Part shown: positions 13,200 through 23,684 of the stretch, piece after piece
Layout: every line of letters starts with the position of its first letter
Numbering within the stretch: the stretch's first letter is position 1
Source: an uncultured delta proteobacterium
GTDB lineage: Bacteria > Myxococcota_A > UBA9160 > UBA4427
Assembly (NCBI GenBank): GCA_963822965.1
Contig: CAWGJT010000005.1
Location: 576,001 to 640,000 of the forward strand
DNA: 64,000 nt
Reading direction: 5' to 3'
Notes under the pieces: model-generated
Databases searched by the model: none
The model's input: the letters and a program-made list of their open reading frames with translations, nothing else
What the model was told of the DNA's origin: nothing
Program-made: the position numbers and the translations under genes

Positions 13200-16112
13200 A
13201 TGCCGATGAAACGCCCCCATCGCCCCGTGACGCGATCCGCCACGTCCGGAGCGCTCCTCGTCGCGATCTCCCTGCTGGCGCTGGTGCTCCCGGGGCGCTC
13301 GCGAGCGGTCGAGCCCACCTCGCCCTTCCAGGTGGTGGTCTCCCTGGAGGCGAACCCCCAGGGGAGCGCGCGGAGCCGATACGAGGAGATCCTCCAGGAC
13401 TTCGCCAATACGGTCTACGACGCCACCGAGGGCGCGCATCGCATCGAGCGGGTTCTCGTCTTCACGGGGGCGTCGGCGCACGACCGGGCGGACGTCATCT
13501 GGCAGCGCAGCGGTCGTCCCGAGTCGGCCCTGGACGGGATTCGCGGCGACGGGCACGTCTACATGGCGAGCATCTTCACGGGGGGCGGGCCGGGCGGCGA
13601 CGCCCTGCCGCTGGTCACGAACCTCGACGCCGCCGACCCGCGCGCGGCGGGCGCCGTCCTCGCCCACGAGTGGGCCCACTACGCGTACGGCCTGCTCGAC
13701 GAGCACGTCGTCGCTCCGGGGGACGTGCCGGTTTCGCCCTCGCTCATGCACTCCCCGTGGCAGGTGAGCGACGCCGATCGGTCGTGGCGCAACTTCTCCA
13801 TCGCCGGTCCCGGGACCGGCCCCTTCCAGGACACCGGCCTCACCGCGCAGCACCGCGCCTACCTGCGCAGTGCCTGGGAGCTGCTCACCGACGCGCCCGA
13901 CATCGGCGCCCGGCTGACGGCGCCGATTCCCGGTGCCGTCAGCCGCGTCTTCTACGGCGACCTCGTGGCTCCGGCCGCGCTGCCCCTCGAGCAGGGCCCC
14001 GCTCCCGCCGTCACCATCGAGTGGCCGGAGCCCTGCTCGGCCTACGTGATCGCCATCGACAACTCGGGCAGCATGACCGGCCAGCGCCTGGCGATCGCCA
14101 AGAGCCTGGCGGCGGTGCTGCTCGCCTCCTTCTCGGCCGACTCCACCGAGCTCACGGTGCTGAGCTTCAGCAGCACGGCGACCGACCGCCTCGGCCCGGC
14201 GATCGTGAGCGACGACGACCTCGGCGGCGGCGTCACCCAGCGCGATCTCTTCCAGGACGCCATCGATCAGATCGCGGCGGTTCCCGCGACCACGAGCTTC
14301 GCGGCGGCGCTGGCCGCAGCGTTCGGTCATCTCGACGGCGCGGTGGACGCGTGCGAAGCCAGCAGCACCCGCGCCGTCTTCTTCCTGTCGGACGGCACGA
14401 ACGGAGTCGAGGACTACAGCGGTCCGCTCGGGGACCTGGCCGCCGCGGGGGTGCCCATCTACGCCCTCGACGTCAACGACTTCGATCCCGACGCCACCAG
14501 CAACGAGATGACGCCGCTGGTGGCGGCGACGGGGGGCATCCTGCTGGGTCCCACCGCCGGCTTCGGCGAGACCCAGGCCGCCTTCCGCGAGGCCAACGCC
14601 CCGACCGGGACGATCCACCCGCTGGAGGCGGGAACCGCCACGGTTCCGCCCGGCTCGCCCGGCACCGACGTCCTGCTCTCGACGATCACCGTGGACCCGA
14701 GCCTGGAGCGCTTCACGCTGTGTGCGGCGGAGAACGCGCCCATCGGCTCGCTGACCCTGCGCAGTCCCGACGGCACTCCCTTCACCCCCATCGCCGAACG
14801 GGCCAGCGAGCCGGGGGTCCCGGGCGACGACTGCAGCACCTTCTTCGCCATCGACTCTCCGCCCCAGGCGGGCGCGTGGACTCTCTCGGCCCGGCCGGCC
14901 TCGGGCGTCGCCACGAGCGCGGCCGTCTCGTACGCCGCCTTCGGACAGAGCCTGGGCGACTCGATCGTGCTCGGCGCCCTGCTCGGCAACGCGAGCGGCA
15001 CGCCGGTGACCTATCCCGAGCCCCTCTACGTGATCGCCAGCCTCGGACGCGAGCTTCCCGTCGTGGGGGCGCGCATCGAGGCGAGCCTCGACGGCGGCAG
15101 CCCCTTCCCCCTGCGCGACGACGGCGTGCCGCCGGACGCCTTTGCCGGCGACGGCCGCTACACGGGCGCCCTCCCCTACGAGAGCGACGGCATGCACGAG
15201 GTGCTCGTGACCGCGCGCAACTCGCTCGACATCGCGGCGTACTCGAATCGAGGCCTGGTCCGCGCCCCGAACATCGACGGCAACCCGCTTCCGGCCGACC
15301 CGGACGTGCCGATCGGCGGTCCCCTCCTGCGCTCCGTCGCGCTGCAGGTCGAGACTGTGGGAATGGCGACGCCGGTCACCCAGCTCGACGATCCCGACGT
15401 CGCCGTGAACGGACGCATCTCCAGCGCCGGCGAGGTGGACCTCTTCACGGTCGATCTCGCGGCCATCGACGCGGCGCTGATGAATCCCGGCGCTCTCGAG
15501 GTGAGGGTCTCGGGTTCGCTGCTCGGCATGGTGCCGGACCTTCGGGTCTACGACGGCCCGCCCGGCGACCCCGGAACGAGCCTGCTCGGGCGGGCGACGG
15601 CCAGCGGAGGCGCGAGCGGTGTGGTGGTCCCGGTCCAGGCGAGCGCCGGCACGGTCACCGCGGAGGTCCGACACACGCAGGGGGGCATCGGCAGCTACCA
15701 GATCAGCGCGGGTGCGGTGCTCGGGCTCGCCTTCGGAGACGCCGGCCTCTCGAGCTCACCCTGCGACCTCGCCCTGGCGGACAAGAACGACGCGCTGGAC
15801 TCGCTCCAGGCGGGCCTCGACGGCGTCCCGGCCGCGATCGTGCTCGTCGAGGAGAGCCGCGGGCTCGAGCAGGCGATGATCGAGAGCATCCGCCTGCTCG
15901 CGAACGCACCCGCAGACACGGGCGGGGCCGGCCGCTTCCTGAACCGGGCGGCCAACCGGGACTCGAAGGCGCTCAAGCGCTTGCGAAGAGCCGAGGAGCG
16001 CAACCGCGGAAAGGAGCTGAAGGGAGCGCGCCGCAAGATCGAGAACGCGCGAGAGAAGCTCCAGAAGGCCTGCCGGATGCTGCCCGACGGCGGGGCGAGC
16101 CTGCTGCCCTGA
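13200..16112 (+). CDS. Secreted CLCA-like zinc metalloprotease-VWA protein
   Basis: Signal peptide, AHEWAHYAYGLLDE, IDNSGSM MIDAS, FFLSDG, LRDDGVPPDAFAGDGRYTG, PPC-like domain. Confidence 0.8.
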   Translation: MPMKRPHRPVTRSATSGALLVAISLLALVLPGRSRAVEPTSPFQVVVSLEANPQGSARSRYEEILQDFANTVYDATEGAHRIERVLVFTGASAHDRADVIWQRSGRPESALDGIRGDGHVYMASIFTGGGPGGDALPLVTNLDAADPRAAGAVLAHEWAHYAYGLLDEHVVAPGDVPVSPSLMHSPWQVSDADRSWRNFSIAGPGTGPFQDTGLTAQHRAYLRSAWELLTDAPDIGARLTAPIPGAVSRVFYGDLVAPAALPLEQGPAPAVTIEWPEPCSAYVIAIDNSGSMTGQRLAIAKSLAAVLLASFSADSTELTVLSFSSTATDRLGPAIVSDDDLGGGVTQRDLFQDAIDQIAAVPATTSFAAALAAAFGHLDGAVDACEASSTRAVFFLSDGTNGVEDYSGPLGDLAAAGVPIYALDVNDFDPDATSNEMTPLVAATGGILLGPTAGFGETQAAFREANAPTGTIHPLEAGTATVPPGSPGTDVLLSTITVDPSLERFTLCAAENAPIGSLTLRSPDGTPFTPIAERASEPGVPGDDCSTFFAIDSPPQAGAWTLSARPASGVATSAAVSYAAFGQSLGDSIVLGALLGNASGTPVTYPEPLYVIASLGRELPVVGARIEASLDGGSPFPLRDDGVPPDAFAGDGRYTGALPYESDGMHEVLVTARNSLDIAAYSNRGLVRAPNIDGNPLPADPDVPIGGPLLRSVALQVETVGMATPVTQLDDPDVAVNGRISSAGEVDLFTVDLAAIDAALMNPGALEVRVSGSLLGMVPDLRVYDGPPGDPGTSLLGRATASGGASGVVVPVQASAGTVTAEVRHTQGGIGSYQISAGAVLGLAFGDAGLSSSPCDLALADKNDALDSLQAGLDGVPAAIVLVEESRGLEQAMIESIRLLANAPADTGGAGRFLNRAANRDSKALKRLRRAEERNRGKELKGARRKIENAREKLQKACRMLPDGGASLLP

Positions 16113-16118
16113 TCGCTC

Positions 16119-16370
16119 TCAGCCGGCGGTGGGAAGCACCGCGTTCGCCGGCGGCGCCTCCGACATGCTGTCCGGCTCCAGGGTCTCGCCGGCCGTGACG
16201 GGAGCGGCGTGCAGCTCCTGGTCCGAGACGGGCTCGAAGGGCGAGACGGGGCGCTCGATCACGTGGACGACTCCGGCCGAGAGCGCGGCAGCCGTCGCGA
16301 TCGCGAAGACCGCGAGGGCGAGCTGAAGCGCGAGGCGAAGGTTCGTGCGACTCCACCTGCCGCGGCGATG
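16119..16370 (-). CDS. Small hypothetical membrane protein (start uncertain)
   Basis: Single hydrophobic helix LRLALQLALAVFAIATAAALSAGVV followed by an acidic tail. Confidence 0.4.
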   Translation of the reverse strand, partial: HRRGRWSRTNLRLALQLALAVFAIATAAALSAGVVHVIERPVSPFEPVSDQELHAAPVTAGETLEPDSMSEAPPANAVLPTAG

Positions 16371-16605
16371 GCGCGTCTGGACCAGGCCCGAGGGACGACC
16401 CACGATTTGCTCCCGGCTGGGGAGCGCAGCACGCGCTCCCGGCTCGTGTAGGGGTATCGGGTGTTCGCCGGGGTCGCTTGATGCGCGGAGGCGACGCCCG
16501 GATCGCCGCGAGGGTCGATCTCCGGGCGCCGGGTCTCCGGGAGCCGGCAGGCAGGCGGCAGCCCACCGGCAACGCACCCCGCCGGCCGGCTCCCGCGCGC
16601 CGGCG

Positions 16606-17109
16606 TCAGCCCGCGAAGTGGCCGACCAGCCGCCCGGTCTCCGGATCGATCCGGGACCAGGACGTCTCGGGCAGCTCGAGCTCCACGACCGCCCCCGGCG
16701 CCAGGCCGCGCGCGAGCCCGCGCAGGGCGGTCGCGTCGCCGCTTCCGGCCAGCCTCGCCGCCAGGTCGGCCAGGCCGGGATTGTGGGCCACCACCAGCAG
16801 ACGGGCGACGGCGCCTGCCGTCGACCGCACCTCCTCGAAGAGCTTCCAGGCCGAAGCCAGGTACAGGTCGTCGCAGAGCCGCCACGCCGGCGCCCCGGGA
16901 AGCGCCGACAGCACCACGCGCAGGGTCTCCACGGCTCGCGTGGCCGAAGAGCACACCACCTGGTCGGGCGGCTCATGCCGGCTTGCCAGCCACGCGCCGA
17001 CCCCCGCGGCGCCGCGCCGACCGCGCGCGCTGAGGGGGCGCGCGTGATCCGGCGAGTGTGCGTTCCCCGGCTCGGCGTGGGCGTGACGCAGGAGATAGAG
17101 CCTCAACAT
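16606..17109 (-). CDS. sixA: SixA-like phosphohistidine phosphatase
   Basis: LYLLRHAHA, DHARPLS.RG, SSATRA.ET, VAHNPG. Confidence 0.85.
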   Translation of the reverse strand: MLRLYLLRHAHAEPGNAHSPDHARPLSARGRRGAAGVGAWLASRHEPPDQVVCSSATRAVETLRVVLSALPGAPAWRLCDDLYLASAWKLFEEVRSTAGAVARLLVVAHNPGLADLAARLAGSGDATALRGLARGLAPGAVVELELPETSWSRIDPETGRLVGHFAG

Positions 17110-17214
17110 CGGAGCTAGGGTCCCCCGCGCGCGCGGGTTGGGCAACGTCCCGGGACGGGTGGGGCTCCGCGGGGCTCGGAGCGCACGCGCCTCGGCGCGA
17201 GCCCGGGCGGTCCG

Positions 17215-18564
17215 TCAGACGGCGCGGCGACCCCGCAGGACCATGGGAACCCCCGCCTCGGGTGCCAGGGTGAGGTTGCGTCGGACCATCCGCAACGGAC
17301 GCTCCGAGGCGAGCGCCAGCTCGTAGCGCGGCAGCAGGGTCGCCAGCACCACGGCGATCTCGTTCATCGCGAAGGCGTCGCCCAGGCAGCGACGGTGGCC
17401 GCCACCGAAGGGCAGGTGCTCGTCCGGTCCGTAGCGGCGCTCGAGGAAGCGGTCCGGCCGGAAGCGCGTGGGATCCGGGTACAGCTCCGGGTCGTTGTGG
17501 ATCATCACGATGGAGGCCGACACGGTGACACCGGCGGGGATCTCGTATCCCTGGAACGGAAAGCGGTCCTTCACGGTCCGGAACACCTCGCTGATGATCG
17601 GATGGATCCGCAGCGTCTCGTCCACGACTGCGCGCAGGAAGGAAAGCTTCCCGAAGGCCTCCGGCGCGGGATCGGGTCCCAGCTCGCCGATCTCGGCGCG
17701 CAGCCGCGCCAGCATCTCGGGATGGCGGTGCAGCTCGTAGAAGATCCAGGCCAGCGTGGTGGCGGTCGTCTCGTGTCCGGCGACGAGCAGGGTCAGCAGC
17801 TGGGAGCAGATGTCGTCGTCCGACATCGCCGAGCCGTCCTCGAAGCGCGCGGACAGCATCTGACTCAGGACGTCGTCCCCGCCCGCGTCGCCCCGGGCGA
17901 GCGCGCGCCGCCGGGTGGCCAGATGCGCCTGCAGGACGGCGTCGAGCCGGCGCTTCTCGCGGACGAAGCGCGCCCACGGACCGTAGCCCCCGAGCTCGCG
18001 CTGCAGCGCCTTGAAGAAGAACGGGACGGGATGCGCCGCGTCGATCGCGTGGGTCACCGCCTCGCCGAAACGTTCCGCCTCGCGGGTCGACTGCACGCCG
18101 AAGATCGCGCGCAGGATCACCTCGAGGGCGATCCCCTGCAGGCTCGCGTGGATCGGAAAGGCCGGCCCCTCCTTCCAGCGGTCCGCGTGTCGCAGGGCCG
18201 TGTCGCGGACGAGCGTCCCATAGGTCCGCACGCGCGAGCCGTGGAAGAAGGGCGAGAGCAGCTTGCGCTCCCGCCGGTGACGCTCGCCGGCCAGCAGGAG
18301 CAGAGAGCCGCTACCGACGACCGGCGCCACCGCCTCCACACCGAAGCCCGCGACGAAGCTCTCGCTGCGCGCGCGAAAGAGCTCCCGCGCACCTTCGGCC
18401 CGCCCGCTGATGACGAGGAGCCCGTTCAGGGTGGGCAGGGTGAAGAGGGTGCCGTAGTCCCGGCGCATCTCCTCGTAGAATCGGAAGGGGTCGCGCAGCA
18501 CCCGGAGGCTCTGGAGGATCGCGGAACGGGGCCCTTTCGGGAGCTTCCTCCGGGATACCGACAT
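17215..18564 (-). CDS. Cytochrome P450
   Basis: AGHETT I-helix, ETLR, FRPDRF, FGGGHRRCLG heme-Cys motif. Confidence 0.95.
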   Translation of the reverse strand: MSVSRRKLPKGPRSAILQSLRVLRDPFRFYEEMRRDYGTLFTLPTLNGLLVISGRAEGARELFRARSESFVAGFGVEAVAPVVGSGSLLLLAGERHRRERKLLSPFFHGSRVRTYGTLVRDTALRHADRWKEGPAFPIHASLQGIALEVILRAIFGVQSTREAERFGEAVTHAIDAAHPVPFFFKALQRELGGYGPWARFVREKRRLDAVLQAHLATRRRALARGDAGGDDVLSQMLSARFEDGSAMSDDDICSQLLTLLVAGHETTATTLAWIFYELHRHPEMLARLRAEIGELGPDPAPEAFGKLSFLRAVVDETLRIHPIISEVFRTVKDRFPFQGYEIPAGVTVSASIVMIHNDPELYPDPTRFRPDRFLERRYGPDEHLPFGGGHRRCLGDAFAMNEIAVVLATLLPRYELALASERPLRMVRRNLTLAPEAGVPMVLRGRRAV

Positions 18565-18743
18565 GGGCGGATCCCTCCCTGGATCGAGGTCGCGCTCCAT
18601 CATGCACGAGTCCTCACGGGAGGGAATGCAGCGCGGGGTTGCGCGATGCAACGTCTGGTTGCGGGGGCGCGCTTCGGATCGCACCCAGACGGCACCGGCC
18701 GTCGCTCTCTCGCACGCGCTCGCGCGGCCATATACTCGGAGCC

Positions 18744-19028
18744 ATGTCGGATCCCTCGAGCCCGCCCGGCCGCCGCCCGCGCGACTACGCGCGGACGCTC
18801 GGCGTCGTCGAAGCGTTCACCGTCGTGTGCGAGCAGTGTCCCAGCGGGGCCGTGCGGGGCGTGGCCGAGCGGGCGCTCGCGGCCGTGAAGAGCGATCCGA
18901 CCGCGCTGCGCCAGCAGGCGTACTTCGTGTTGACGGCCATACAAGGCTGGCGGGGCGAGCGCGCCAGCCAGGTGCATCGATCGCTGTCCGCCTTCCTCGA
19001 TTCGAAGGCCGGCGGAAAGAACGCCTGA
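18744..19028 (+). CDS. Small helical hypothetical protein
   Basis: 94 aa ORF with coding-like GC3 and RBS-like GGAG; QAYFVLTAIQGWRGERA motif. Confidence 0.55.
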   Translation: MSDPSSPPGRRPRDYARTLGVVEAFTVVCEQCPSGAVRGVAERALAAVKSDPTALRQQAYFVLTAIQGWRGERASQVHRSLSAFLDSKAGGKNA

Positions 19029-19112
19029 GTCGTCGCGACGCCCTCCGCCCCTGTCGCGATGCGGGGGCCCCTGCTAACAACGTGCCGCGCGGGGTGGGAG
19101 GAAGTGGCATCC

Positions 19113-20318
19113 ATGGAATGCGGACCGAGCGTGCGCGTCGCGAACTCGCGCGAGGCGCTGAAACGACTGCTCGCCGAGATCGAAGGCGCGCTCGAGGCGG
19201 GAGCCCGTCGTGCACCGGACTGGATCCACGTCCAGGGAAGCTGTCGGATCGACCAGCTGCCCCTGGCCGAGCTGGAGACGATCGTCCAGCGCCTGCATCG
19301 CTGCGTGCTGCGCGGCTTCCGCACGCGGCCGCTGCCCGCCTCCGACCCGCAGCGCCGCCTCGCCGTCTGGCGATGCATCGCGCGGAACGGCTTCCACGAC
19401 TTCGGCAGCCAGGGCTTCACGAAGTGCTACGACTCGCCCTGGGTGGAGAGCTACGACTACGTCGCGGACTACCTCGACGGCGGCCTCCAGGCCCTCGACG
19501 CCTACCGGGTGTACTCGGCCGTCCTCGGCACCCACGACTACACGATCGAGGACTTCCTGCAGACCCCCACCTGCGAGAAGGTCGAGACCGTCGTGGAGCC
19601 CATGGCCGGGACCGGCGAGTTCTCGTACCTCTCCCACTTCCGCCACCCGGAGCTTCGCTACATCCTCTTCGATCTCGACGAGACCGCGCGGCGCAAGGTG
19701 CTCGAGCGCCCGTGGCTGGCGGGCAGCGAGGCCGACTACCTGGTGGCGGACGTGCTCGATCCCGCCGTCTGGCGCGAGGTCGGACGACGGGGCCCGGGCC
19801 CCTCCCTGGCCTACATCGGGAAGCAGAGCCACCACTTCTTCGACGCACCGCAGCTTCACCGGCTGCTGGCCCTGGGCACCTCCCACGTCGACCACTTCAT
19901 CCTGGAGACGCCGGAGCCGGCGCTGGTCTCCGATCTCGCCGTCGTCGACGAGATGACCCGGCCGGAGATGGAGGACGCAGGCTTCGAGGTGGCCCTGGTG
20001 GAGGACGAGGCGTGTCCGCCGAACCCGTTCACGAACCGGCTGGGCTTCCGACTCGAGGCCTGGGACGCCCGCGAGCGGCGGGTCCTGTTCGAGTATCGGG
20101 ACTGGACGAGCTGGCAGCCTCCCATGCTCGTCGTCCTGGCCCACCTGCTGGATCTCGAGGTGCTCTACCTGAACGACGACGCGGGCGACTTCGTGCCCGT
20201 GGACGCCTGCACGCTGCCCCCGGACTCGCTGCCGGGCAGCCACCCGCCCGCGCACCTCATCGACCACGCCGAGGCCCAGTCGGGGGTCAACTTCATGCTG
20301 TTCCGGAAGCGGCGCTGA
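19113..20318 (+). CDS. Hypothetical protein with a class I SAM-methyltransferase-like core
   Basis: VVEPMAGTG motif I-like, LFDLD acidic motif II, VADVLD motif. Confidence 0.55.
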   Translation: MECGPSVRVANSREALKRLLAEIEGALEAGARRAPDWIHVQGSCRIDQLPLAELETIVQRLHRCVLRGFRTRPLPASDPQRRLAVWRCIARNGFHDFGSQGFTKCYDSPWVESYDYVADYLDGGLQALDAYRVYSAVLGTHDYTIEDFLQTPTCEKVETVVEPMAGTGEFSYLSHFRHPELRYILFDLDETARRKVLERPWLAGSEADYLVADVLDPAVWREVGRRGPGPSLAYIGKQSHHFFDAPQLHRLLALGTSHVDHFILETPEPALVSDLAVVDEMTRPEMEDAGFEVALVEDEACPPNPFTNRLGFRLEAWDARERRVLFEYRDWTSWQPPMLVVLAHLLDLEVLYLNDDAGDFVPVDACTLPPDSLPGSHPPAHLIDHAEAQSGVNFMLFRKRR

Positions 20319-20516
20319 GGCGCGCGGGCCGGCCCCTCCCGACGCGGCCACCCGAGGAACGCGGATGCGCGCCGCGGCACGCGCGCGGAAGAGGCCGGGG
20401 TTCGCGACCGGGAGACGGATCCCCGACCGCAGCTCACCCGAGCCGCGGCCGGGGATCACCCCCTTGGTGTTGACCGACGTCGATCGAGGTCGTCGATCGA
20501 CCCGGCGTCCTCGCGC

Positions 20517-21599
20517 TCAGGGCGCGCTGACGTCCGGGATCCCGGTGCACAGCGGGTGGAAGTTGCATTCCACCAGCGGAGTGATGACGCCGTCCTCGAC
20601 ACCGAGGAAGAGGCCTACCCCCGGCGCGTAGTACTTGCGCTCGAAGAGCCCGGGCTCGATGGACGCGAAGTCCTTGGTCACCACACAGTCGCCGGACGCG
20701 CAGAAGTGGTCGGCGAGCGCCTGGGGGACGAAGTCGTCCAGCCCCTCGCCGTTGCCGTACGAGTACGCGTTCGAGAGCACGGTCGCCGCGTCCTCGGCTT
20801 CGTCGAACAGATATTCCTGGCGATACGTCGTGCCGGGGGTGGGCGCCGCCTGCATCAGGACGCCGGGCTTGGCGTCGTCCCGACCGGTCTTCCACGAGCC
20901 CTCCACGTCGATCAGCTCGGGCGTCATGGGGTTGTCACCGTCGAAGACCTCGTAGGTCCTCGAGCTCTCCCCGCAGTACCAGACCGAGCCGTCCTTCGCC
21001 TGGGCCTCCCAGTCGTCGGTATCCTCGGTCACGACACCGTCCGCGGAGACGGCGTCGTGGACGGTGATGCAGGTGACCCCCTCGATCTGCTTCGTGGCGG
21101 CGGTCACCTCGACCACGTTCGTCTCGTCCTCGTTCTCGTATCGCCAGCGGTCCCCGATCGCGAGCGGCAGGTAGGGGTTCGGGTTCGTGAGGGCCGTGAA
21201 GTCCGTGTCGAAGCTCGCCGGGTCGAAGTCCGGGTCGTAGGGCCCGGGATCCGTCAGGTCGCAGAGCTCGTTTCGCGCCTCGTAGACGTCCCGACACTCG
21301 CCACGCTTCTCGGACGGCGCCGAGAAGGCGTCGACGAGGCACTCCTTCTTGTCGGCCCAATCGGCGTCGAAGGCGCAGACGGCGACGTCTCCCCACAGCT
21401 CCTCGAGCACCGAGTGGTTGCAGGACTGCAGGCCCGCACGCGCGTTCTGCGCGCAGGCGCCCGCGGGAGTGCCCGCATGATGTGTTCCCCACGCCAGCGC
21501 GGGGGGGGCGGCGATCCAGCTCGCCGCGACGAGCACGCTCGCGAGGGCGACGAGCGGACCGGTCTCTCGATAGGAAGGAAGTCTCAGATAGGCTCTCAT
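20517..21599 (-). CDS. Secreted Cys-rich/acidic hypothetical protein
   Basis: GAGGAG RBS, signal peptide ending PALA-W, Cys-rich N-domain, NPYLPL..G and KYYAPGVG beta domain. Confidence 0.8.
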   Translation of the reverse strand: MRAYLRLPSYRETGPLVALASVLVAASWIAAPPALAWGTHHAGTPAGACAQNARAGLQSCNHSVLEELWGDVAVCAFDADWADKKECLVDAFSAPSEKRGECRDVYEARNELCDLTDPGPYDPDFDPASFDTDFTALTNPNPYLPLAIGDRWRYENEDETNVVEVTAATKQIEGVTCITVHDAVSADGVVTEDTDDWEAQAKDGSVWYCGESSRTYEVFDGDNPMTPELIDVEGSWKTGRDDAKPGVLMQAAPTPGTTYRQEYLFDEAEDAATVLSNAYSYGNGEGLDDFVPQALADHFCASGDCVVTKDFASIEPGLFERKYYAPGVGLFLGVEDGVITPLVECNFHPLCTGIPDVSAP

Positions 21600-21645
21600 G
21601 GTTGCTCCTCGCTGTCGTTGACAAGGGGACTCTCCCCACGGCGGA

Positions 21646-21662
21646 TGCAAGCCCGATGCCCA
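21646..21662 (-). promoter_or_regulatory. Sigma-54 (-24/-12) promoter
   Basis: Minus strand TGGGCATCGGGCTTGCA = GG-N10-GC with TTGCA, about 47 nt upstream of the ATG at 21599. Confidence 0.7.
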
Positions 21663-21930
21663 ATGCGAGGGCGCCCTTGGGGCCGCGAGAGGCCGATACC
21701 CCGGAGCGTAAGCCTGCCTCGAACGGCAGAGGGCCGCCGGATTCCGCAGTCGCCGCGGGGCGTGACGACCGCGGGGGAGGGGGCGCCGCGGTGCGCCGCA
21801 TTCGGCGCTCGAGCGTGCCGGGTCCGGCAGGATCGCTCCGCGCGGCGGCGGCAGCGGCGCCGGGGCCCGGCACGCGAATTGCTGTTCCTGCCCTCCGACG
21901 AGGAACATCGGGGAGGAACGGAGAGGCCGA

Positions 21931-22354
21931 TCAGTCGATGTACATCACGACGCGGACCGAGCCGTCGACGACGCTCGCATTCACATAGCCGATCGCCCGG
22001 CGATCCCGGGCGACGAATCGCAGGATCGCCTGGTCGGAAGCCAGGGTCGCGGGCGGGAGTACGCCCTGGAAGTACTGGCGGTTCCAGTAGATCCCGAGCT
22101 GCGTGGCGTCCGAGACGCAGCACCCGGCGCGTGAACCGCTCGCGGGAGGGGCTGCCCGCCTCGCGGTTCACGGGGACGATGGGATCCCCTCCGGCCCAGA
22201 AGCGCCGGTGCTTCAGGTAGATCTGTGCGATGGCCTCGAGATCGAGCTCCACCACCCGATCCACGTTCACGATGATCGCCAGCCGCTCCGCGACCGCGGT
22301 GCCGGTCAGCAGCAGCGTCAGGAGCAGGGCGATGAGGAATGCGTGGACCCGCAT
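21931..22354 (-). CDS. Small periplasmic PstS-like substrate-binding protein, frameshifted
   Basis: Signal peptide, AIIVN..LxxIYL..W..G, SPSRERF; C-terminus AIGYV.. in another frame. Confidence 0.7.
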
Positions 22355-22364
22355 CTCGTTGGAC

Positions 22365-23620
22365 TCAGTAGACGAAGGAGAACGAAAGGCTGAGACCGCG
22401 GCGCACCACCTCGGTCTGCCGATCCGTCGCGCGGTAGCTCGCCTTGAGAATCAGGTAGGGCTTCGGCATCCAGGCGACCCCGAAGTCGCCCAGGTGGGCG
22501 TCCTGGCTGGAGCCGGAGGGGTCGATGTGCTCGTAGCGCGCAACCCCATAGAACGGTGGGCACGATCTCGAAGACGCCCTGCAGATACACGTCCCAGAGG
22601 TCGCGATCCTCGAGAGCGCCCTGCTGCAGGGTGAGCTCGCTGGTCAGCAGCAAGCGACCGAAGCGCACCTCGAAGTCGAGCCCGCCGAGATAGCTCCACG
22701 TCACCGCCGATCTCCGTGGCCAGGAAGGAGGACCCGACGGACCACTGCTCGAGCGCCCGGCCATACTGCACCCGGCCGCCGACGCTGTAGTCGGCGTGCT
22801 CGGGGTCCTCGCTCGGGTCCAGGGGATCGATGAACTGGCCGTAGACCCAGTAGTCCAGGGAGCCGCCGCCGGGATGGACGGAGCCCAGGATGGCGGCTCC
22901 GGTCTGGTGCTCGTCGAACGCGGTCTCCAGGAAGGCCGGATCGATGGGCGTCCAGACGAAGGGCTCGGCGGGCACCAGATTCCAGCGGCCGACGGGGGTC
23001 TGGTACTTGCCGACGCGCAGGGTGAACGGGTCGCCCACGCGCAGGTCGCCGTACAAGCCGTTCGAACGTGACGTTGGGATGCGAGTGGACCGAGCTCTCG
23101 TTCGTCTCCCACAGGAAGAGATCGCCGATCTCGATCTCCATGAAGCCGCGCAGGAACTCGTTGGGCTCGAGCAGCACCAGGAAGTTCACGCCGTCGAGCT
23201 CGAGCGACCCGTGCTTGCCGTTCTCGCGGTCGAACGCCAGGGTCGTGAATCCGCCGACGTGCAGGCCCGTGCGCCCGATCTCCAGGCCCCGCCCCAGGCC
23301 GTACTCGAGCGGCCCGACGGGGCGTGTCGAGCGAGAAGAGCGGGGCGTCGCCCGGCCGCAGCATGATCTCCGGCAGCGGCTCGTCGATGGCGCCGGGCTC
23401 GCCCTCGATCGTGGCACCCGGACCGACCGGCTCGGGACGGGACGACCGGGCATCGTCGGCCGGCGGCTCTTCCCCGGAAGCGTTCGCGTCCCCGGAAGCG
23501 TTCGCGGGCGCGTCCGGAGAGACGCTCGCAGGCGCACTCCGAGACACCCCCGCCGGCGCGAGCAGGAAGAGCGCGCACAGCAGCGCCGCGGCGCGCAGGG
23601 AGATCCAAGCGCACGGTGCT
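22365..23620 (-). CDS. Outer-membrane beta-barrel (porin-like) protein, frameshifted
   Basis: Signal peptide, low-complexity linker, amphipathic strands, LRVGKYQTPVGRWN, C-terminal SFSFVY*. Confidence 0.7.
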
Positions 23621-23684
23621 AGGCTTACGCGAGGCTTATGGCCGTCACTCGCGGGGCCGCCCGAGTGCAGCAAGGGGGTTTCGT

